DNA from: Nitrospirae bacterium UBA2233
GTDB taxonomy: Bacteria; UBA2233
NCBI GenBank assembly: GCA_002347965.1
Contig: DDYN01000031.1
Span: 20,177-84,176, forward strand
Direction of reading: 5' to 3'
Length of the DNA stretch: 64,000 bases
The translations under genes were made by a program, and so were the position numbers. The notes under the pieces were generated by a model. It was not told the origin of the DNA. It ran no database searches and was given only the letters and a program-made list of their open reading frames with translations. Positions 50,242-57,254 of this stretch are shown piece after piece; position 1 is the stretch's first letter, and the number at the start of each line of letters is the position of its first letter.

Positions 50242-51714
50242 CTACCTGGTTTGGCCTTGAAACAGCTCCTTCAACCCCTCGGCCCAGGCCAGCATAGCCT
50301 GAAAAACATCCAAGGAAGCCGATTCGAAATACAGCCTAATTTTATTCTCGGTGCCAGACGGGCGGATCAAAACCCAAGAGTCATCTTCAAAGTACCTCTT
50401 GTAGCCGTCCAGCGAGGCATCGTGCAGCATCGAGGCCCCTTGGAAGGCGCTTGGGAGGCTTTCGATCGTCGAGCGAAAGGCTTTCTCGGATCGGGCTTCC
50501 GCAACGGGGACGTCCAACCTTCGGAATGTAAGCTCTCCGTACCGAGACCTAAGCCTTAAGAGTTGTTCATGGAAAGGCCCTTCTTTGATCCGCATTTCAA
50601 GCGCAAACATGTCGGCCAAAAGCCCGTCTTTATCCGGGATGTTCGGGGAGTACGCAAAACCTCCACTCTCTTCGACGCCCAGAAGTCCCGAAGATTGCAG
50701 CATCCGCGACGCAATGTTTTTGAATCCTACGGGGCTCTCGATCACCTCGACGCCAAAGGCTCTTGCGATACGGTCAACCATGCTTGAGGTGGAAACGCTC
50801 TTGACGATGGTGCCCCTTTCCCCCCGCACACGGAGCAGGTAATCTACAATCAGCGCAATCAAATCGGTGTTATCAACATAAACCCCTTGATCGTCCATCA
50901 CCCCAAACCGGTCCCCGTCGCCGTCCGTTGCCAGACCAAGGAGCGCCCCTCTTTGGCGAACCTCGCAAGCCAGGCCACGAAGCGCCCTGGAAGAAGGGGC
51001 GGTTTCTTCAAGACCTCCAAAGTATGGGTCTGGCTGAGCATGCAACGGAAACGCTACCGCTCCCGCTTTGTTCAGCAGGCGTCCAAAGCATCGGGCACTG
51101 GCGCCGTAAAGGGAGTCGTATACGACGACGGGATTGGCTTTGCAAATTGCCCGCACATCTAGCAGCGAACACAGGTGCTCTACATAATTCTCGCTCGCGG
51201 ACACGCTCCGGAGCATCCCCTCGTTTTCGATCGGCTTAGGCACGGCGGCGTTTCTATCGCACAAGGCCTCAATTTCGCCCGTTAAAGAGCCGTCCGCAAG
51301 CCCCGTACACGTTGTAAGCTTGACGCCATGATAGTAAAACGGATTATGACTTGCCGTAACGTTGACCCCCAAGTCGTATTTGCCCTGAATGGTCGCAAAC
51401 GTCAACGCCGGGGTTGTGTTCGGATGAGCCTCAAAATCGACTGAAACCCCGGAGCGCACGAGCGTACAAGCGATCAATTCTGCAAACAACCTGGAAAAAA
51501 AGCGCGTATCGTACCCCAGACGAACAACGCGTTGGGCCTCCGAATCGCCCCGACTCAGGTAGGCGGCAATTGCGTTTGCAAGGGTTACAACCTTGGAAAG
51601 CGTAACTTCTCGGGCAAGTATGCCCCGCCAACCGGAGGTACCAAACCGGATTGGAAAATCGCTTTTGTCGAACGTCAGGTTCTCAAAAAGCCCTAAAAAT
51701 TGGATGATATCCAT
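50242..51714 (-). CDS. Phosphoglucomutase/phosphomannomutase family protein (start ATG 51714)
   Basis: FGTSGWRG, TASHNP, DGDGDR, EESGG and IRPSGTE. Confidence 0.93.
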   Translation of the reverse strand: MDIIQFLGLFENLTFDKSDFPIRFGTSGWRGILAREVTLSKVVTLANAIAAYLSRGDSEAQRVVRLGYDTRFFSRLFAELIACTLVRSGVSVDFEAHPNTTPALTFATIQGKYDLGVNVTASHNPFYYHGVKLTTCTGLADGSLTGEIEALCDRNAAVPKPIENEGMLRSVSASENYVEHLCSLLDVRAICKANPVVVYDSLYGASARCFGRLLNKAGAVAFPLHAQPDPYFGGLEETAPSSRALRGLACEVRQRGALLGLATDGDGDRFGVMDDQGVYVDNTDLIALIVDYLLRVRGERGTIVKSVSTSSMVDRIARAFGVEVIESPVGFKNIASRMLQSSGLLGVEESGGFAYSPNIPDKDGLLADMFALEMRIKEGPFHEQLLRLRSRYGELTFRRLDVPVAEARSEKAFRSTIESLPSAFQGASMLHDASLDGYKRYFEDDSWVLIRPSGTENKIRLYFESASLDVFQAMLAWAEGLKELFQGQTR

Positions 51715-52775
51715 GATGCAAGCTGCTCCGGTGCGAACTTTCCTTTTGCTTGAAGCACCCTCACCCGACCGTTGAAATTTTTGAACAAAGCCAGGTCGGA
51801 TGCTTTCGGACAAGAACGGTCTACCGTCCCGACGACGGGAACCTTCAAGGTTTTACCAGCGAACGAAGACAGTTCTTCTTGCTCCAGCTGATCTATTTTG
51901 AAATCCTCCTTTGCATTGCGAGACCACTCCAAAAACACAACCCCCTTCAGCTCTCCCCAGGGCTTTGCAATGCCATGGCCGTACACTTCTTGTACGGGAA
52001 CGTCACGCTTCATCTCGAGGTTCCAGAGGCTATCTTGCCCTAAAGATGCGAGCTCTTTTAACTCCTTGTGACTCAAGAGCGTCCGGAGGCGGGGGTCCGA
52101 AAAGATCGTCCCAGGGTTCACCCTAGGGAGCTTTGGAAACCCGACGGCCTGCATGGATGACCCCGTATATCCTACGAGCACCCTATCGTTGGCCACGTAA
52201 CGGAACCCTTCGCCAAGGAGCCTGAGGAGCGTTGTCGTCTTGCCGCTCCCCGAGCTCGAGGCGATGAGAACAACGCCACCCTTTCTCGTAGCCGCGGCGC
52301 CTGCGTGGAACAGCAAGAACCCCGCCTCAAGCCAGGCAAGGCTCAACACGTCGTTCACAACATTGACCGCGGAATTCCAATCCGAAACGCCGGGCTCTTC
52401 AAGCCATACCGCTCGCCGCTCGCCGTTTACGATGTAGCGCAAGCCAGAGCGAACTTTCTTTATCACCAGGAACGACCCTACTTTCAGCAAGGCTTCTTTC
52501 GCCGAAATCGGCGCAAAGGAGAGCCCGTCGAGCCCTTCTGGGAACCTTCCCGCAAGCACCGCCTTGAACTGGAGGCTTGGTCCAAAAGGCATCCTCCCCT
52601 CTTCTACGAGGTAGGGGGCGTAGCGGTCCAGCAAGGAGGTTAGAGGCTTCGGGGTGGGTGCGCTGACAATCAACTCCTGCCCCATGAGGACAAGCGGAAA
52701 ACGATGGGTAGCCCTACGTTCCTGTTGCGCCAGAAAGGCCGCCAGAGAAGACTCAAGCGAGTCGTCGAAGGACAT
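51693..52775 (-). CDS. HprK-related kinase B (GAK system); start ATG 52775
   Basis: LFHAGA, SSGSGKTT Walker A, VANDRV and PKLPRVNPGT; adjacent to the GAK ATP-grasp. Confidence 0.85.
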   Translation of the reverse strand: MSFDDSLESSLAAFLAQQERRATHRFPLVLMGQELIVSAPTPKPLTSLLDRYAPYLVEEGRMPFGPSLQFKAVLAGRFPEGLDGLSFAPISAKEALLKVGSFLVIKKVRSGLRYIVNGERRAVWLEEPGVSDWNSAVNVVNDVLSLAWLEAGFLLFHAGAAATRKGGVVLIASSSGSGKTTTLLRLLGEGFRYVANDRVLVGYTGSSMQAVGFPKLPRVNPGTIFSDPRLRTLLSHKELKELASLGQDSLWNLEMKRDVPVQEVYGHGIAKPWGELKGVVFLEWSRNAKEDFKIDQLEQEELSSFAGKTLKVPVVGTVDRSCPKASDLALFKNFNGRVRVLQAKGKFAPEQLASWISSNF

Positions 52776-53643
52776 AGCCGGCAAACAGTCGGGCGGCATC
52801 CAGCCCGTATGCTTCATGCAGCCCACGAAACCCGCCAAAGGCGCTGACTTCGTAGACCAAAAAACCGTCCGGCCCCTCGACGAGGTCCACTCCGGCATAA
52901 CTAAGGCCAAACACGCGCTCGGCCTGTTTTGCTATCTCAAAGGCCGACCCAGGAAGGTCGTAAGGCTCGTAATACCCGCCTTCTGCGGTGGTCGTTTTCC
53001 AGCTCCCCTCCTTCGCCACACGAGCGTAGGCTTTAAGGAACTCTCCGCCAAGAAACATCACCCCGATGTCCCTCATCCCCTTGGCAGGAATGAACTCTTG
53101 CGCATAAAAGAAAGGGCCGTGTGTTTGCTTCCAGGCCTCTAGCGCACCCTTTTCGGCTTCCGGCCTGCCCAAACCAACCCGGATCATTCCACGAGCCTTT
53201 GAGGTAAAAAGCGGCTTGATGACGACCTCTTGCACCTCCTTGAGAAAATTCAACACATCCTCGGCCCGCTCCGTGATCAGGGTTCTTGGCATGGGAACGC
53301 CCGCAAGGGCAAGTTGGAGCGTCATTCTCATACGATCAATCGCCGCCTCGATCGCTTCGGGAGGAGAAAACACGGGCGTTCCCAGGGATTGTATCGCTTT
53401 GAGCTGCGCTACGCGCTCTGTCAGCGTAATATCGGAGGAATCGCCCAGCTTCTTCACTACCACGGCATCGACGGATAGTGCATCCTCCAACCCGAGGCGG
53501 ACTTTAAGCGAAGGCAACGATGCCGCGATCGCATCGTAAGGGACCAAAAAAGCCTCGGCCCCCTCCTTGAGAAAGGCTTCTTTAAGCCTTTCGGAAGACC
53601 AAGCGCCTGGGATACCGACAACCGCTATTCGCTTTGAGGCCAT
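52753..53643 (-). CDS. GAK system ATP-grasp enzyme (RimK-like)
   Basis: IAVVGIPGAWSSE, KPLFTSKARGM, WKTTT..GG.Y and YEVSAFGGFRGL. Confidence 0.88.
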   Translation of the reverse strand: MASKRIAVVGIPGAWSSERLKEAFLKEGAEAFLVPYDAIAASLPSLKVRLGLEDALSVDAVVVKKLGDSSDITLTERVAQLKAIQSLGTPVFSPPEAIEAAIDRMRMTLQLALAGVPMPRTLITERAEDVLNFLKEVQEVVIKPLFTSKARGMIRVGLGRPEAEKGALEAWKQTHGPFFYAQEFIPAKGMRDIGVMFLGGEFLKAYARVAKEGSWKTTTAEGGYYEPYDLPGSAFEIAKQAERVFGLSYAGVDLVEGPDGFLVYEVSAFGGFRGLHEAYGLDAARLFAGYVLRRLA

Positions 53644-55229
53644 GCGATAAACCGCTCCAAGTGTAGAATGCCTAGTAGATAGAGCTTTTTTGCCAACTCC
53701 AGTTGGTTGACAACCCTGCTCGAAGTAATGAACACGCGTCCCAACGCAACCATGAGCCTTCGTTTGACATGGCGATCAGAGTAAGCGCTACCAAACGCTT
53801 CGGCAAACCTTTCGAGCGATTCATTCACAAAGACTAAGTCTTCTTTAAGGTAGGTAGAAAGCAGGGGGTTTCGAATGTTTGAAACGATGATCGTCGCGAT
53901 ATCCTGAATATAGTCCCCGTAGCCGGAGCGGTGCACATCGATGAACTTTACGCCGTCTGTTCTGCTGTCGTAAAACACGTTGTTGGAGTTAAAGTCTCCG
54001 TGAATCCAAACTTCAAACGGCGGGAAAACCTCCTCTTCTAGCAGGGCGGCTCTTTGAAGGAGTTCGCTCAATGAAGGGGCGGACTTGCCGCAAAAGGAAA
54101 CGGGAAACTTCCTGATCTCTTCGAGCTCCGGATAAAAGGCATGCACCTCTTTTAGTCTCTTGATCAATTGAGGAACATAGCGGGTCGAAGGCTCTGCTTT
54201 TCGGATTGTCGATTGCCATAGCATTCGAAGAACTTCGATAATCCTCTCGAGCGAGCGACGTTTTAGATCAAAGTCCCCGAAAAAGAGGATCTCTTCGAAA
54301 GTCTTGCCCTGGAGGTATTCCGTGACGAGGATCTCTCGGTCCCCAAAGTACTGCTCGACCGTTAGTTTAGGAACGACCCCAGGATAAACCCTCTGCCAAT
54401 CATCGATCTTCTGCGCCTCTTCCGAAATTTTACTCCGCTCGCCTTCTTTAAGCACAAGACGCCGATGGCCATCCTGCTCCACGAGGAAAACGCGCGCGCC
54501 GCTTTTCCCCCCCCAAAGCGCTTGCATCCCGGCTACCGACTGATTTTCTAACGTTTCCCGGATATGCAGCAATTGATGGACTTTTATCTTTTCTCCTAGA
54601 ATCGTGTATACTCCGAGCTCTCCCAAATTGGCAAGGACATCCCCCATGTTCTCGGCATATTTGAGGGCAAAGAGATAAGTGATCGGAAAACTCTCTTCAG
54701 TTAAGCCTACGCGACTCGCCTCTTCGAAAAGAGCGGTCACTCCTCGCTGGTAAATTTCATCCAGCCTCACCTCGAAAGCGCAGACATCCTGTGCAAGCTC
54801 GATATTTTTTTGAAAGAGCGCGTCTAGAGCCATCTTGAGCCCGGCATCGATGATACCTACAAGCTCATCAACGGGCACCCACGGGGGCATCGGGGAGTTG
54901 TCCTTGAGGTGAAGGGTTTGCTTTGCGATGTTCACCCCATAATCGGCCAGCTTCTCTAAGTTGGTCGAAACCCTCACGTATCCCCTAAGAGAGAGAACCT
55001 CGGGCTTGGGGAGCCTACCTTGCTCAATGAGATCAAAACAGCGGTCTACAATAAGGACGTTAAGGGCGTCGATCTGGTCGTCCTTCTCGATAACACCCTG
55101 GGCAAGCGTTTTATCCCTCCCCTTAAAGGCCCCGAAGGCCTCCGCCACGAGAGCTCCGACCATTCGGCCCATCTTGCCCAGCTCGTGCTGGATGCTTTCT
55201 GCATTCAGCCTTGCGTCTGCAATATCCAT
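53625..55229 (-). CDS. PhoU-domain / aminoglycoside-phosphotransferase-like kinase fusion
   Basis: N-terminal DDQIDALN, NLEKLADY and ENMGD (PhoU repeats); C-terminal GGKSG, HGDFNSNN and FIDVHRS. Confidence 0.85.
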   Translation of the reverse strand: MDIADARLNAESIQHELGKMGRMVGALVAEAFGAFKGRDKTLAQGVIEKDDQIDALNVLIVDRCFDLIEQGRLPKPEVLSLRGYVRVSTNLEKLADYGVNIAKQTLHLKDNSPMPPWVPVDELVGIIDAGLKMALDALFQKNIELAQDVCAFEVRLDEIYQRGVTALFEEASRVGLTEESFPITYLFALKYAENMGDVLANLGELGVYTILGEKIKVHQLLHIRETLENQSVAGMQALWGGKSGARVFLVEQDGHRRLVLKEGERSKISEEAQKIDDWQRVYPGVVPKLTVEQYFGDREILVTEYLQGKTFEEILFFGDFDLKRRSLERIIEVLRMLWQSTIRKAEPSTRYVPQLIKRLKEVHAFYPELEEIRKFPVSFCGKSAPSLSELLQRAALLEEEVFPPFEVWIHGDFNSNNVFYDSRTDGVKFIDVHRSGYGDYIQDIATIIVSNIRNPLLSTYLKEDLVFVNESLERFAEAFGSAYSDRHVKRRLMVALGRVFITSSRVVNQLELAKKLYLLGILHLERFIAWPQSE

Positions 55230-55232
55230 GCC

Positions 55233-55538
55233 TCAAGGCTGGGCCTCATTCTCGACGGACTCCCGTTCGACCGTAATCAGCAGCGGCTCGGCGGCTAATT
55301 CAGCCTTTTTCTCCCAGGAAAGCTTCAGCACAAGCTTTGCTTTTCCTCCCTTCTTTTTTGCCTCTACATCCAGTTCGATCGCCCCTTCGGGGGTCAGGTA
55401 CATCTCTTCCACGCCGCTTGTCAGGCGTACGGCCCCATTCCTTAGGGCGCTTGCGAGGCTCTCCAGGTATTCGGCAACGACATACGGTTCGGCGAAAGTG
55501 CTAAACTCAAACTCTTCCTTCTGCCCTCTTTTTGCCAT
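55233..55538 (-). CDS. Amphi-Trp domain protein
   Basis: VAEYLESLASAL..G and KLVLKLSW; GAK context. Confidence 0.85.
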   Translation of the reverse strand: MAKRGQKEEFEFSTFAEPYVVAEYLESLASALRNGAVRLTSGVEEMYLTPEGAIELDVEAKKKGGKAKLVLKLSWEKKAELAAEPLLITVERESVENEAQP

Positions 55539-55596
55539 CTGTGTCGCTCCTTTTATGACATCCTAAGACCATTTTAGCGTTTTTATTCGGCAAGTC

Positions 55597-56124
55597 TCAA
55601 TGCCCAAGAACCCTAAAGCCTCTTTCTGGGCCGCTTAAAGCCTTGTAGATTTTTCCTTCCTTTTGGAGCTTTCCCTCTCCGATCAGCCGGAGCACGACAG
55701 GAGCGAGCCTTCTCCAGTTCTCTCCAAGGCCCTCACCCAACTCTATCAACGAGGCACCGTCAGGTTTTACGCGCAACAAATAATCCAGCACCCTTTCTTC
55801 CTGCAAATTACTTCCGACGGCTGAGGCAGGCTGAAATGCGTCCTCGACAGTGGTGCCGGACTCTTGGGGTCGAACATCTAGACCGACCAACATAGTAGCA
55901 TCTTTCCAGCTCAAAACAACTTTTATTTTTTCTCTATACTTGCTGGAGCTTGTAGGCCTGCGACTCGCCTTGATCCGCAACAGCGGGAGAGACGATCGAG
56001 CAAAACTGAGGTGTTGCACCCCGGCTCGGATCGTAAAACGCCCCTCTCGCACGCCGTCGGCAAGGAAGCTAAGCAGGTCGGCCACCCTTTCCTTGTCCAG
56101 TTTCAGCAGCTCCTTTATCGTCAA
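55597..56124 (-). CDS. Amphi-Trp domain protein with a C-terminal winged-helix-like domain
   Basis: VADLLSFLADGV..G...KVVLSW; C-terminal RVLDYL...PDGASLIELGEGLG...LRLIGEGKLQKEGKIY. Confidence 0.72.
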   Translation of the reverse strand: MTIKELLKLDKERVADLLSFLADGVREGRFTIRAGVQHLSFARSSLPLLRIKASRRPTSSSKYREKIKVVLSWKDATMLVGLDVRPQESGTTVEDAFQPASAVGSNLQEERVLDYLLRVKPDGASLIELGEGLGENWRRLAPVVLRLIGEGKLQKEGKIYKALSGPERGFRVLGH

Positions 56125-56347
56125 TGTCCAAGGCCCTCCCCTTCAACCCCTCGACCTTGAGAGTAATACGGAAGCGATCCCCATCCTCTTTGAGCTCAAA
56201 CTCGAGCGCTACTGGACCGACAAGGAGCACGGGCTTGGAGGGCCCAAGCCCGCCTTCTACGACGAGCCTCCCCTTTGCAAACCCATACCCTAGGGTTCGA
56301 AGAAATTCCGCAGCTTCATCTCGGTTTAGCGTACGCTTAAAACGCAT
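56069..56347 (-). CDS. Amphi-Trp-like protein lacking the terminal Trp
   Basis: RDEAAEFLRTLG..F..G...LEFELKE.....ITLKVE; co-oriented in the cluster. Confidence 0.65.
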   Translation of the reverse strand: MRFKRTLNRDEAAEFLRTLGYGFAKGRLVVEGGLGPSKPVLLVGPVALEFELKEDGDRFRITLKVEGLKGRALDIDDKGAAETGQGKGGRPA

Positions 56348-56375
56348 TCTCTTTTTTTGTCACACGCATAACGGG

Positions 56376-57155
56376 CTAACAGGCCAAACGGCCGGGAACC
56401 TCCAAGGGGATTTCATCGATTCCCCTTGCACGCTTCACGACCCTCTTGATCTTATGGCTCATGTACACCCTGAGCGCAGGGAATTTGCCGCAGTAATAGT
56501 TGGTCTTCCGGTCGTGGATGGCGTCAAACAGGTGCTCAAGGCCAAACCGCTCGTCCGGAACGAGGGTCGCTCTAACGGCCAATTGAAGCCAATGGTGGGC
56601 ATCCGACCCGCCTGTCACGGCAAGTTCGAGCTCAGAGGCACGCTGAAGGAGCTTAACCTCCAGCCCGTAATCCTTCCCGTTCACCTCCACGGCATCAAGA
56701 CGCTTGAGCAGCCTTTCGGGAAACTTTTCGAGGTTTTTTTCCCCTCTAAACATGTGCGCACCGATCAGCAACAACTCAAGCCCATCGCGGGCACCGAGCA
56801 ATTCCTCGAACGGCGGCTTGTAGCCCGACGCTGGGGGCATCGAAAGCCTCGCTGCAAGGATACGAACGTGTTCAACCGGGCCTATGGCCAAGATGTCCCC
56901 CCCCTCGGCTACGCTAACCTCCGCCCCAGGAAGAAACGCAAAATTCTTTCCGACTCGGTACACTCCATCCTTGTAAGGAAAACGAGACGAAAGGTAGCGG
57001 TATACGCTAAAAAAATCCGGCGCGTGCAAGTGCTCTGTAACCGCTATGCCTTGCAGGCCGACTACAGAAGCGGTCCTGATGTAACGATCGACGCGCTTCG
57101 GCTCGAACGTGAACGTTTTGGATAGCATCATATGGGTGTGCAGGTCTATGACCAT
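56376..57155 (-). CDS. PHP-domain metallophosphoesterase
   Basis: IDLHTH, VTEH, PGAEV, GAH, VEVNG and GGSDAH; AGGAGG SD. Confidence 0.88.
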   Translation of the reverse strand: MVIDLHTHMMLSKTFTFEPKRVDRYIRTASVVGLQGIAVTEHLHAPDFFSVYRYLSSRFPYKDGVYRVGKNFAFLPGAEVSVAEGGDILAIGPVEHVRILAARLSMPPASGYKPPFEELLGARDGLELLLIGAHMFRGEKNLEKFPERLLKRLDAVEVNGKDYGLEVKLLQRASELELAVTGGSDAHHWLQLAVRATLVPDERFGLEHLFDAIHDRKTNYYCGKFPALRVYMSHKIKRVVKRARGIDEIPLEVPGRLAC

Positions 57156-57197
57156 TTATTGCCTCCTGACGGCTAGTGTTTTACCAATCATGAGATT

Positions 57198-57254
57198 AGC
57201 GTACCACAGCCCAGGTTGCAGGTTTATGACGGAAACGTTACAGTTTTATTACAA
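57198..57254 (-). promoter_or_regulatory. PhoB-type promoter: four tandem Pho-box half-sites plus an extended -10
   Basis: Minus strand TTGTAAT-aaaa-CTGTAAC-gttt-CCGTCAT-aaac-CTGCAAC (57254-57215, 11-bp period), then 11 nt ending in TGG, then TACGCT (57203-57198). Confidence 0.8.

Noticed and set aside
50242..57155. GAK cluster as a mobile island, defence system or RiPP cluster
   Set aside because: No integrase, att repeats or obvious compositional shift, and no clear precursor peptide or defence domains. The phosphate cues explain it better.
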